NCBI GenBank assembly: GCA_964016885.1
Contig: OZ024746.1
Coordinates: 92,256,001 to 92,320,000, forward strand
Length of the DNA stretch: 64,000 bases
Direction: 5' to 3'
Source: Eledone cirrhosa
Lineage: Eukaryota
This document shows positions 1 through 12,450 of the stretch, in pieces. The notes beneath the pieces are model-generated. The model did no database searches. It saw nothing but the letters and a program-made list of their open reading frames with translations, and had not been told where the DNA came from. The position numbers were made by a program, and so were the translations under genes. Within the stretch, counting starts at the first letter, position 1, and each line of letters opens with the position of its first letter.

Positions 1-125
1 TTCTGAAGACAGCATATATATGTGTAGGTATGTATATTCCCTCTGATAGTTTGTAAAACTTTTACATAGATCTATATGATATACATACCAACACACACAT
101 ATATATCCTAGAAACGATCGTAAAA
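1..125 (+). ncRNA. Hammerhead ribozyme-like motif (type I, long stem II)
   Basis: CTGAAGA at 3-9; stem II atatatatgtgt/acacatatatat and ggtatgtatat/atatacatacc; GAAA at 111-114; palindromic ACGATCGT; GUA triplet. Confidence 0.6.
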
Positions 126-280
126 TGATGAATTTTTTAATATAAGGAACTGTTTCTTTGTTTTTATTCATTATTTTTATTAATTTATTTATATATATAT
201 ATATATAGGTAAAAAACTGGAAGTTTATATCTGTAGTTGGTAGAGCACTCAGTCCAAAGGATGAGTTCGGTATAGAGTTA

Positions 281-490
281 GTTTTACATGTATGGTAACA
301 GTTTAAAGTTACAAGATAAACAGTAACTGTTTTACATGTATGGTAACAGTTTAAAGTTACTACAAGATAAACAGTAACTGTTTTACATGTATGGTAACAG
401 TTTAAAGTTACTACAAGATAAACAGTAACTGTTTTACATGTATGGTAACAGTTTAAAGTTACTACAAGATAAACAGTAACTGTTTTACAC
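281..490. repeat. 51-bp minisatellite, about 4 copies
   Basis: Unit starts at 281, 329, 380, 431 and 482. Confidence 0.95.
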
Positions 491-693
491 GTGACAATAA
501 AGATTGCCATTATATCCCAGCTCTATATGTCAGACTTAAGTTTTGCAGAAATGTTTTTACACATAAAGACAATTAATATGCTGCAATTCACAGTATATGC
601 TACCAACAATGAAGTGATGAGTAAAATAATGATCCTATGAGAAGCACTTAATATTTGTAGACATATAGAAGTAGATATTAAAGTAATACTCAC

Positions 694-798
694 TTTGTGC
701 AATGTAAGACCAGGTATAATGACACCAGCTTTGGGATCTTCTCGGATTGGTAAAGAAGATTTTAAATTCAATAAATCTTTGATTTGTTCATTATAGAT
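694..798 (-). CDS. KIF18: KIF18-like coding exon 3; the gene continues beyond the window start
   Basis: ctacag acceptor, IYNEQIKDLLNLKSSLPIREDPKAGVIIPGLTLHK (105 nt, phase 0), donor gtgagt. Continues the kinesin SYLE-IYNE motif. Confidence 0.93.
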
Positions 799-921
799 CT
801 GTAGACAAAGACAAAATAATACCCATGAGGCAGAAATAGGCAGCTGATCACCCAGCATGCACATCACATCTGTGCTAATGCAGCCTTCTCTCTTACACAC
901 CACCTCGGATTCCTCTTAAAC

Positions 922-1142
922 CTTTACCATTTACATTACTCTATATATACTAGTATATTTTCATGGTAAAGGCTCAATCTTACATAATTATCTCACATAA
1001 TATAGAATCTATGAGATTTTGATATTATTTATATTGAGAACCATACTTTAATATCAGTATGAGTGGCCAGTTATAGTTGGTTTGAACAGAAAGAGGTGAA
1101 AGAATTCTGGCCAGATAAAGTCAGTTTAAATGCTAAAGGGTT
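922..1142 (-). mobile_element. piggyBac-like MITE end fragment; inverted copy at 6985-7203
   Basis: Reverse complement of 6985-7203, which begins TTAA|CCCTTTAGCATTTAAA. Confidence 0.55.
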
Positions 1143-1789
1143 CAACCCAGCTTTTTTTTCTCTCAGCTCGTCCAAACTTTGCCTTTCTCTCACATTTACA
1201 TTTCACATCCAACGAAGCATATAAAAATGGATATTGGCAAAGACTCATTCATCACCAACACTAGATACACTGCTTCTCCTTTTCTTGTTATCTCTACTGT
1301 AACTAACCTCCAAAACTGCAAACTAAACACTTTGCTAAACCATTCTTTTCAAGCAGAATAGCCCTTTAGGAACCACGCAAGGTCCAAGTTTTTCCTATAG
1401 GCACCGACCTAATCAGCAAGCAATGTTGTTGCCCTCCCACAGGGCTACTTTTTCTACAATTAAATGCACCCAGTAAACTGGTAGTGGTGGTGCCATGATA
1501 AAATGCACCCAGAATATGTTGTAAAGTGGTTAGCATTAGGAAGGGCATCAGGACAGGGAAACCATGCCAGAATGAAATGTATGAGCAAGATGTGGTCTAG
1601 TGACCAATGTAATCTCAAATTAGGACAACCTATCCAACCCATGCCAGCATCGATGATGATGATGAACATAAAGAGACTGAAGCTAAATATCAACATCAGT
1701 TTGGCCATGGCATTTGCCCTGCTACTTCAGAATATAAATTTAAAAGAAAATAAACAAACATGTTCACAAATTTCTGAATAGTATTATAA

Positions 1790-1982
1790 AGGGTGGTGGA
1801 TTGGCAGTATCGGTAGAGGGTCTGACACCATGCTTTGTAGCATAGAGTTACGGCCTTTTATGGTCTGAGTTCAAATCCCGCCGAGGTTAACTTTGCCTTT
1901 CATCCTTATGGGGTCGATAAAATAAAGTACCAGTAATACACTGAGATAATTGCTGGCCTTGTGCCAAAAGTAGAAACAATAT
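1790..1982 (+). mobile_element. SINE family A (tRNA-like head plus gcctttcatcc..ggggtcgataaaataaagtaccag core)
   Basis: More than 12 dispersed copies: 4362-4537(-), 15181-15540(+ x2), 16360-16740(- x2), 21460-22120(+ x4), 22950-23195(+), 28090-28272(-), 44270-44400(-). B-box-like gagttcaaatcc. Confidence 0.85.
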
Positions 1983-2445
1983 TATACTTCAATAATGTAA
2001 CATTTATTGTTTTATTAGCAACTTGTCCAACACCACACCTCTTTCTATGATATAAAACCACATTGAAGGTGTGGCCAAGTGGCTACGGTGTTGTTAGACT
2101 TACACAAGGACTAAGTGGTACAATAAGTTCTTTAACAAGATGCTTCATTTCACATTGCTTTTCATGATAGGACTGGGGACCCTAGCATTAAAATACTCAA
2201 GAACCTAGTCCACACTGTAAATGTGGTTGGTGTTAGGAAGGGCATCCAGCCATAGAAAACCTGACAGAGACAGTTCTGTACGAGCAAGATATGGTCTCCC
2301 AACCAATCCCACATCAAGTGGAACAAAACCGTCTAACCCATGCTAGCGTGGAAGATGTACGTTAAACGATGATGAACTGTAATATTTTGTTTTCCTCTCT
2401 AATAGTGCTGTTATGGAATATATATATACTTGAGAGAAGACAAGA

Positions 2446-3070
2446 CTATGTTGGTATGGTCACGTGATGCGCATGAAAGACAACAGCTGTATAAAAAAGT
2501 GCAGGGCGATCAAAATTGATGGAAGTTACGGAGTAGGTAAACCCAGAAAAACCTGGGACGATTTGATAAATTCCGACCTTACACACTTGCTCCTCTCTAA
2601 GACAATGCCACTGGACTGAGATCTTTGGCGCTACGCAGTAATACTGAAGACCCGCCTTCCCTATGTACAAAGCGAAACCTAGTCCGTAGGCACCTCTTAA
2701 CCAAATATACACCCCAATCCACTACCCCTACTCTATCCTCCCACCAACACCACCCTCTCTCTGTAAAGTTGGTACCACAACATCCAGTCCAAATAAATGA
2801 GATAATGAGATCGAGATCGTGTAGGTGTCACGACAAAAAAAAAAAAACACACAGTCCACGCTGTAATGTGGCCATGTAAGTAACATGGTAAAAAGTTCCC
2901 AGTCCACACTATGTGGTTGGTGTTAGGAAGGGCATCCAGCCATAGAAAACCTGCCAGATAGTCCTATATGAGCGAGACACGGTCACCCGACCAACCTTGC
3001 TTCAAGTGGGAGAACTCCCGTCTAACCCATGCTAGCATGGAAGATGGACGTTAAACGAAGATGATGATGA
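2446..3070 (+). mobile_element. RTE-clade LINE (family RTE-A) 3' fragment with long 3'UTR and (GAT)n tail
   Basis: Encodes WYGHVMRMKDNSCIKKCRAIKIDG...GKPRKTWDD. Same family at 47374-47803(+) and 50203-51022(-). Confidence 0.85.
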
Positions 3071-3212
3071 TATATATATATGAACCCATAATTTCTGAGG
3101 GAGTCGTAGGGGTACCATATTGACAGTGTTTCTGGGGGGTATTTTTATACCTGGTAGAGCCCAACACCACTATACTATGAAATACAATTATATTACAAAA
3201 TGTAGTACTCAC

Positions 3213-3370
3213 CTCTAGATAAGAAACAGCAACATCACAGCATTTGTCACTTTTAATCGCTTCTATTCTCTGGTAAAGGTCCATAAGTGTAAGGAATGTA
3301 ATTCCAGGAAATTCATTGGAGCCAAGCATGGTAAATGTCTTCCCAGCACCAGTAGCACCATAAGCAAACA
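3213..3370 (-). CDS. KIF18: KIF18-like coding exon 2 (P-loop)
   Basis: tttcag acceptor; split codon G+TG completes [22 protein letters not shown]...VAVSYLE; donor gtgagt. Length 158 nt, phases consistent with both neighbours. Confidence 0.95.
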
Positions 3371-3829
3371 CTGAAATAAAGATATAAAAACAGAGTTTAT
3401 TAACTCACTTCGAACATAAGCAGGTATTTAAACCTTCTTCATATTGAACAAACGTCATTGTTTAGTGTCAGCTTTTTCCATGTCCCACCCTTGCAAGCAG
3501 GGAAAAGCAGACGTAAAATGATAATGATGATGACAGGCTAGAGAGAACATTTCACATACATCCTAGTTTTGGTACGATTTCTACAGCTAGATGCCTCTCC
3601 TATGTATAACACCAATTTTACAGAGTGTACTGGGTGTACTTTATTGTGGAACCAGCACTAGGGAGGTTATTGTGTCTTTCACCTAACTGAAGAATCCTCC
3701 AAAACATCAACGACTTTACAGAGTGTACTGGGTGTACTTTAACATGGTGTCAGAACTGGAGAGGTTGTTGTTTCTGTGACATAGCTGAAAAGTTCTCTCA
3801 ACCCTTTTTGACATGGTTTCTACAAACTA

Positions 3830-5102
3830 CTGAATATACTCAAATATAAGCTGACCCCTTATTTTCTGTCCAAGAAATCAGCAAAAATCTAAACCTCATT
3901 TATAAGCTGAGGCAGCTAATCAACACAATATGTTTAGAAGGTGAGGTTTTGAAATTCTCATGAGTATAAAATATATTTATGAAGTTATAATATTTTGATG
4001 TTTAAAAATGTTAATTGTCTTTAAGAATATAGTTTTTGTTTCACAACTCCATTGTGTAATGAGTTTCCATTACATAATGAGTTTCAACAAGTTTCTCAAA
4101 TTTGTATTTACTTCCAGCCACTGACATGCTGAGAGTAGTAAAAGATTGAATAAGAGAATTTTGTATAGGGATTTCTAGAGTAGAAGAGGGAGAGACAGCA
4201 AGTGAGAGTGAGAGGGGGCGGGGGGACAGTGAGAAAAAGAGCAAGAGAAGGGAGAGAGAGAGAGAAATAAAACAAGATTGAAAGAAAAGTCACAAACAAA
4301 AACAGCTGGTGTACTTTGTGTGTGTACATATATGTAGAGAATATTTATTAAAAAGTTGAAATAATTGTTTCTACTTTTAGCACAAGGCCAGCTATTATCT
4401 CAGTACATTACTGGTATTTTATTTTATCGACCCCGTAAGGCAAAGTTAACCTCGGCGGAATTTGAACACAGACTGTAAAGGGCCGTGACTCTATGGTGCA
4501 TAGCATGGCGTCCGACCCTCTACCGATACTGCCAATCAATAATAAAAATTTGTTGGGATGTTCTCAAGGCAATGTATAACACCAATAATGATGTAGTAAA
4601 TGTAGAAAAACAGTTTTTCATTGTAAAATAATTACTCCAGATATTTTAGCATCATATATAGAATTTGAAGTTGATAAAAATTTTCTAAATATTGGCCCCA
4701 AATATAAGCTGATCCTCTCACTTCATTTTAGTCACATATTCCTCAGCTTATCATCATCATTTCATTTTACGTCCACTTTTTCCCTGCTTGCAAGGGTGGG
4801 ATGGGAACTGATTCTGGCTTGATTTCTACAGCTGGATGCCCTCCCTAACACCAACCTCATTTACAGTGAGTGCTGGGTGCTTTTTTGCTGTGGCACCTCC
4901 ACGACCACTTTGCAGTGGAATGATATGGAGCCCAGTCCCTATCATCTCATTTCTACAGCTGAGTAAACTGGAACAATGTAAAATAAAGTGTCTTGCTCAA
5001 GAAAACAACACATCACCCGGTCTGAGAATTGAACTCACGTTTCGATTGCAAAGCCAATGCTCTAACCACTAAGCCATGTGCCTTATATTCAAGCATATAC
5101 AG
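3830..5102. mobile_element. Tc2/pogo-like non-autonomous DNA transposon with nested SINEs
   Basis: Ends TA|ctgaatatactcaaatataag and cttatattcaagcatatacag|TA; internal homology to 52266-52620 and 57930-58008. Confidence 0.6.
4751..5084 (-). mobile_element. Full-length tRNA-derived SINE family B with RTE-derived tail
   Basis: A-box TGGCTTAGTGG, B-box GAGTTCAATTC, CORE-like cttgagcaagacac segment, ggcatccagc module, tail cccacccttgcaagcaggg..ggacgtaaaatga. Related copies at 33574-33959(-), 51946-52265(-), 16883-17130(+, head), 28430-28560(-, head). Confidence 0.85.
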
Positions 5103-7639
5103 TAGTTGCCACTATTTCAATTTATTGAACAGCAATGGTTACTGTGGTTCTAATTGTGTCTGTATTTCAATCTTTATAAGTTTCCTTAGCCATCAGAGAC
5201 ATAATTCCAAAATTAATATAGAAGAGTCACACTCCTCTCATATCCAGCTTAAATTTCTTTTTCCTGTTTTAATTTTTCTTATACAAGAGTTACTAGCAGG
5301 GAAAACGGATGTTAAATGATGATGAGGAGCATAGTTTTATTTTGCATTTGACCAACTTTGTAGTCATATATCCTAACTAGCGTTAACCACTTGTTAATAA
5401 CTTGTTAATAACTTGTTTTTCTTAGTCAGTCAAACTGGCTAAGCAACTATGTTAAAACGGAAAGTGAGCACCACTCAAGTGAGATAATTGTTAAGAGAGG
5501 AAGAAAGACTAAGACATGGTAAGAAGGGAGGTGAGATGACAAACTTTCTGAGATTGATGAGATAACACATGACTGACACAAGTATTAATATGCTAGATTG
5601 CAGACATAGCCAACCCATGCAAACATAGAAAAGTAGATGTTAAGACATAAATGAAGATAATTTTGATCTTTGGTAACCAAAATTTGAGAAAACAGTTTAA
5701 CCCTTTTGTTGCTATATTTCTAATGAAAGACATTACTTATAATTTTAAATTATTTTGAAAATAATCAAGAATTAAGAAGGATTTAGTAATAAAACCAATT
5801 TTCTCATTATTAAACAGAGCCCTTGCATATCATGATGGAAGGATTGGGGATAAATATAAACACTTTAAAACTAGCAGTTTTGTTTGTAGAATTAAGGATG
5901 GTTTCATATCAAAAGATTTTAATAGAACCTGTGTTAACCAATCCTCATTGCTTTTTACATCTATGTTTTCTATGCTTGCATACATTGACATAGGTTTTCT
6001 AAGACTATGAACCCTTCCTGATGCCAAATAATTCAAATCCTACACTAAAACTTGATATTAGAGAGTTCTAATTGCTAAATTTCAGTATATTTGTGACACA
6101 TTTTTTGTTGTATATAGTATTCTGGTAACTTTTCTGGTTATGACCATGCACCATGATTCAGGAAAAATATGTGTTTATTATAGTTAAATTGAGAAAATAT
6201 CAATCCAATCGATATTGATAAATATAACATAACTGGGAATTCAATGCACACATTTATAGCAACACCTTAAAATCACTTATCCCTTTCATTACATCATTGT
6301 CATCGTCATCATTTTAATGTCCACTTTCCCTGCTAGCAAAGGTTGGACAGTCATTACCATATTTATAATGAAATGCACTGTATTTGAATTAATTTAATCT
6401 ATATATAAATTTGAGGGACTTCCGTCTGTCTGTCACACAATGTGTGTATGTACGTGTGTGTGTAAAAGGAAGGAAGGGGATGGTGAAAAAACTATAACAA
6501 AACTGACTGGCGTTCCATTTGCTACGCTGTGTGTTTGTGTGAATGTATGTCCGTGGGTGTGTATTTTTCTAAGTGTGTCTGTGTTTGCACGTTTATATTT
6601 ATATACTCATACATATAAATTTATGCATATGCACATACATATACACATACGTGTCAGCACATTGAAAAAAAGCCTAGTTTAAAAATTGGAGAGATTTACT
6701 AAAATATTTTATTGCCAAGATGGTATTTGTAATATAATGTAACAAAAAGGTTCTTATATTAAATTATGTTTGAAGATATTAAACAGGAACCCTTTAAAAT
6801 GGATTGTTTTGTTTCATAGAACGAAAGGCAGTTCTAAGCAGTTCTGAGGAGTAAATTTATTTATCTCAAATTACAGCAAGTTATCAATAAAGATCAGTGG
6901 AATTCATGTGTGATTATTGAGAATTAAAGAAATAGTGATATGAGGGAGGGAACAAGGTATTCACTTATGCCTTTTCTCCAAAAGTTAACCCTTTAGCATT
7001 TAAACCAGCCATATCCAGCCAGAATTCTCACCTCTTTCTCTTCAAACCGGTTGTGACTGGTCACTCACACTGATATTACGGTATTGTTCTCAAAATAAAT
7101 AATATCAAAATCTCATAGATTCAATATTATGTGAGATAATTATATGAGGTAAAGACTTTACCATGAAAACATAATATTATATATAGAGTAATGTAAATGG
7201 TAAAGAGTTTGTAGTGGAGTTATTTTCATGGCGTGTAACAATAATCTATTCATGCATGATTTGGTCACTGGTTGATCAATCGTGAGTCGCGCATAAATAT
7301 CAACTTCTGCCCAAAGATTTTTGCGCTTCTTTTGTTTCACTAAAAACCAGTTGCTGCTTTGATATCAAGACAAACATCCATTTTTCCTTGCTGTATCCAC
7401 ACCAAGCAAAATGTAACGGTATATTACAACTTTGCTTAGTTGGCGACATGTCAGCTAGCAACCGCTTCATTTGCATATAACAACTTTGTAATTCTAATTT
7501 GTTTGTTCTCTTGATTTGGCATGCCAACACAACTTTGTAATTCTATTTCGATTGTAAATAAATCATGTAAAATGTCCTAAAGTCTTATAATACTTTTACT
7601 GCCACCGCATTGGACGTGATATGCTGGTCAGGAATTTTT

Positions 7640-8350
7640 TTTTATAGCCCTGCCATAGATTCAGCTATGAGAGCTAGATCATAAGCATACAGGAGTTTCC
7701 AAGGGTATCCTGTTTTAAACTCTTCTGTTATAGCCTGGAGGAGGATAATAAACAGGAGAGGGCTAAACTCCTCACTATAGTCATTATTAATTTTAACCTT
7801 GCTGACTGGACCTATGTCCATGGCTTATAGTGCCCTCACAAACCACTTGTCTACCTCTAGTTTTCTAGGTACCCGCTAGATTACAGAATGGAGGACCCTG
7901 TCAAAAGCTTTCTCTAAGTCAACAAATGCCAAGTAGAAGGGTTTACTTTTAGCTAGGTACTTCTGCAGTTTCCTCATAAGGAAGAGGGCACCCCTGATAT
8001 GTTTACCTGGTACAAATCCAAAATTCACCTAATCTAGGTTAATTCAATCCCTAATCAGTTGTACAATGACACTTTCTGTAACTTTCATGATCTGGTCCAT
8101 CAACTTGAAGCCTCGAGAGTTTCCTGTCTAGTGCACCACTTTTTCCCTTGTAGCAGTAGATAATGATGCTGCTACACCTGTCATTGGGTATGACACCATT
8201 TTGTTTTAGTTTACAATACGGTTTGTTAAGCAACTCAGCAACTATCCCCGTTGTCCCAGCTGCTTCACCTGTCTTCATATCCTAAATTGCCTTATTACGC
8301 CGCTGTTGACTTGTACAGCTGGCCCTTCTGTTGAGTCCACCTCAAAACAT
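7640..8350 (-). pseudogene. Degenerate RTE reverse transcriptase fragment
   Basis: MKTGEAAGTTGIVAELL...YKGKSGALD; homologous to 23200-23916 and 27440-27945. Confidence 0.8.
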
Positions 8351-8501
8351 TGATATCCTTAGATAATGGGAAATTTTTTAAGTTTATCTCTTAATCTTCC
8401 ATTTTAAAAACCTAAAACCATTCTATCATACAACTCAAACTCTAAATACTGATTCTTACCTTCAGAAAAATAAAATGAGACAAAAATAAAAGCCAACATA
8501 C

Positions 8502-8817
8502 CTGAACAATTGTAACCATTAAGCAATCCATCGAGTATTACTTTACTTGTGTGTTCATATATATCAACATTCAAAGAATTTGGACCAAACACATGATCAA
8601 ATGCAAAACTTAAATTTTTGCGCCGTCGCCGTGTAATATCCCCTCGCACAAATTTTGAAGTTCGCATCCCATTTATCTCACATTTGTCATCGGCAGGATC
8701 AAATACTAGCAAATGGTCATTTATCGGTTCAACTACTGTTGTAGATGCTTTGTCAGTTTCATCTGAAGATAATGGTCGAATACGAATGACCACTTTAACA
8801 CCTGTATTATTTGACAT
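8502..8817 (-). CDS. KIF18: Kinesin-8 (KIF18-like) motor domain, first coding exon; the exon spans 8502-8880 including 5'UTR
   Basis: ATG at 8817 gives MSNNTGVKVVIRIRP...LLVFDP...RKNLSFAFDHVFG...LLNGYNCS. Polypyrimidine tract and AG acceptor at 8881-8882; GT donor (gtatgt) at 8501-8500. Coding length 316 nt, phase 1. Confidence 0.93.
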
Positions 8818-9170
8818 GGTTGTCACCTTGATTGGAGATTCACTTTCTAGCTAATGGGCAATTATCAGTGTGTAAAGAATCTAAAGAAAAGAAAAAATAT
8901 ATATATTAATCTTTTAGTAATCAACCCAGCCAAAACAGGCTCTGGTTCTATGAAATAAAACCACCCATTTTAAAGGTTTCCAAATTAAATCAAAATTTTG
9001 CAACATAATTTTATATAAGAACCTTACATTAAGTTACTGTCTTAGTAATGAAATAAGTGATAATTTTAGTAAATCCCGCAAAATTCTTCCTTAACTAATT
9101 AAAATAGAGTGTATTTCACACTACTACAGATAACTGCTTTACTTTCATTTTATCTCTCCGTTATTCAGCA

Positions 9171-10370
9171 TGGTACTGAGCCCAATGGTTTGATCAGCAC
9201 CTCGTGGTCCTGAGTCCAATGGTTTGATCAGCACCTCGTGGTACTGAGCCCAATGGTTTGATCAGCACCAAGTGGTACTGAGCCCAATGGTTTGATCAGC
9301 ACCTTGTGGTACTGAGCCCAATGGTTTGATCAGCACCAAGTGGTACTGAGCCCAATGGTTTGATCAGCACCAAGTGGTACTGAGCCCAATGGTTTGATCA
9401 GCACCCCGTGGTACTGAGCCCAATGGTTTGATCAGCACCAAGTGGTACTGAGCCCAATGGTTTGATCAGCACCTTGTGGTACTGAGCCCAATGGTTTGAT
9501 CAGCACCAAGTGGTACTGAGCCCAATGGTTTGATCAGCACCTCGTGGTCCTGAGTCCAATGGTTTGATCAGCACCTCGTGGTACTGAGCCCAATGGTTTG
9601 ATCAGCACCAAGTGGTACTGAGCCCAATGGTTTGATCAGCACCTTGTGGTACTGAGCCCAATGGTTTGATCAGCACCAAGTGGTACTGAGCCCAATGGTT
9701 TGATCAGCACCCCGTGGTACTGAGCCCAATGGTTTGATCAGCACCAAGTGGTACTGAGCCCAATGGTTTGATCAGCACCTTGTGGTACTGAGCCCAATGG
9801 TTTGATCAGCACCAAGTGGTACTGAGCCCAATGGTTTGATCAGCACCTCGTGGTCCTGAGTCCAATGGTTTGATCAGCACCTCGTGGTACTGAGCCCAAT
9901 GGTTTGATCAGCACCAAGTGGTACTGAGCCCAATGGTTTGATCAGCACCTTGTGGTACTGAGCCCAATGGTTTGATCAGCACCAAGTGGTACTGAGCCCA
10001 ATGGTTTGATCAGCACCCCGTGGTACTGAGCCCAATGGTTTGATCAGCACCAAGTGGTACTGAGCCCAATGGTTTGATCAGCACCAAGTGGTACTGAGCC
10101 CAATGGTTTGATCAACACCTCGTGGTACTGAGCCCAATGGTTTGATCAGCACCCCGTGGTACTGAGCCCAATGGTTTGATCAGCACCAAGTGGTACTGAG
10201 CCCAATGGTTTGATCAGCACCAAGTGGTACTGAGCCCAATGGTTTGATCAGCACCCCGTGGTACTGAGCCCAATGGTTTGATCAGCACCCCGTGGTACTG
10301 AGCCCAATGGTTTGATCAGCACCAAGTGGTACTGAGCCCAATGGTTTGATCAACACCAAGTGGTACTGAG
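9171..10370. repeat. 34-bp minisatellite, 35 copies, hairpin unit
   Basis: Unit tggtactgagcccaatggtttgatcagcacc+(aag/tcg/ttg/ccg); exact 34-bp period. Confidence 0.98.
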
Positions 10371-12189
10371 GTATTTTGGTTTCATTAGCACTGGTCATTC
10401 TTTCAGTAGTAGAAACGTAATTCAGCAAGGATAAGTTTTAATTTTGTTCTGTATCTAGAGCTTCCATTAGTAATAGAGTAGAAAGGGGCCTAAGTCCTTA
10501 GACCATGACCAAAGCTTCGACTTTGGCCACCTTATACAAGTAGGCTCTTTACATTTTGTGTTGTGTGGATTGACAAATTCTTATCACTCAATCAGTAGCC
10601 TTTTTTCTTTCCACTTTTTATGAAATCTAGGTTATTTGTATGTGTAAGATCATCACCAGATGTAGGTTATCTGTATGTGAAAGAGCATCACCAGATGTAG
10701 GTTATTCGTATGTGTAAGGGCATCACCATACCAGATGTATCTTGAATAAGACTGCCTTACAGTAAGAGATATAAGCTTCTGGAAATCATAATCTGTTAAC
10801 TGTTTTTGATTCCTAACATTATTGCTAACATTTCAAATTCCATACTTCCCATTTCTTGTTTATGTGATTTTATACCAAGCAAAAAGGAACTAATATTAGT
10901 AAGACAGGATTGTTAATAAAATGGACTAAGACTAATATTTCTTCTATCATATGGTACTGTGTCTCGTCATAAAGAAATTATCCTATTTATCTGATAAATA
11001 TTGTCAATATTATCTTACAGTGGATAATTAAATTTGTTTTGATGAAAAAAATTGAAGTTGTGATGTTCAAACTTTCCCCTAGTGTTATAAATGAGTTGAG
11101 GTAACCACCAGTTAGTAATGGAAATTAGATCATATACTTATTTCATCAGGTTATAATTGATTCTATGATCAAAGACGTTATACAAGGACCATTCCATCAT
11201 TCTTTAGGGCTGTGTATTTAAATTATAAGATGGTGGTGGTTTGGAGAAGATTTGGGTACAGTTTCTGGCTTGTCAGAAAACCACATAGTGGTTCATGCTA
11301 GTCTCTATTTTATGAAGGTGAGCTGTCATCATCATCAAACGTCCATTTACCACGCTAGCATGGGTTAGACGAGCTGTCCCGTTGTGAGACAAGTCAAATC
11401 AGGTTACCATGTCTTGCTCATACAGAACTGTTTCTGACTTGGTTTCTACGATTGAATGCCCCTTCCTAACACCAACCACATTTACAGTGTTGACTGGGTG
11501 TTTTTTATCGTAGCACCAAAACAACCAACTGACAGGTTAGACTGCATACTTTTTTATCTTTACAGAGTGGACCGAGTGTTTTTTTGAAATGATACCAACA
11601 CGACCACCTACTCTTGGGTATTTTTAACAACCAGAATTAGTCGTTTAGTTTACATATTGAGATCCCAACCCATCCTATTTATTTTATAATGTATGAGATT
11701 TGTAGTAATGTACTTTTTTGTCATGAATGTCATTTAATGTATAAAGAAAATTAATTATCACAGGAATGTTACCACTTAAAATAAAATTTCACAGGAGATA
11801 GATTTAGAAAAATTTAGTAAATGGAGATGGGTTGGAAAATTTTGAAAATGAATAAAAGTGACGAGGGAGGATTATTGGAGGCTGAAGAGTGAAATGTCTT
11901 TGACAAATTCTACATGTTTATAACTATCGTTATACAAACCAAACTCTTTTGATGTTCTTAATTCTCAATTAAGACACACATCTCTATATTACTTGTTTAA
12001 ATTATTTGCAATTATCGTTGATTTGTGGATTATATATTGATTTTATTAGCTTCGAAAGCACTATATGTTGTTAAATGAACTGCTTTGAATGCAGGAAAAA
12101 ACTATATATATTCTTAATATAACCGACATTTGTCTCAAGACAGTTTTAGACTGGAAGTTAATGAAGAACAAATATATATATATTTTTTC

Positions 12190-12450
12190 TCTCTTTGTTT
12201 ATATTTATATATATTATATGTGTTTATATTTATATATATTATATGTGTTTATATTTGTATATATTATGTGTTTATATTTATATATATTATATGTGTTTAT
12301 ATTTGTATATATTATGTGTTTATATTTATATATATTATGTGTTTATATTTATATATATTATGTGTTTATATTTGTATATATTATGTGTATATATTATGTG
12401 TTTATATTTTTATGTGTGTATATATTATGTGCTTGTCTTTTCGTTCTACA
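12190..12450. repeat. AT-rich 24-26-bp degenerate tandem repeat
   Basis: Unit gtttatatttatatatattatgt; its 3' end resembles 14249-14280. Confidence 0.85.

Noticed and set aside
523-903. ORF-track starts and ends for the kinesin ORFs (523-903, 3051-3371, 8404-8826)
   Set aside because: They run through introns; exon limits were set from splice sites and phase.
6398-6677. Possible small Helitron (A|TC...CTAG|T)
   Set aside because: No convincing subterminal hairpin; left unassigned.
9171-10370. CRISPR-like appearance of palindromic repeats (also 52695-57875)
   Set aside because: No unique spacers (only 3 variable nt), no cas genes, and eukaryotic intron/TE context.
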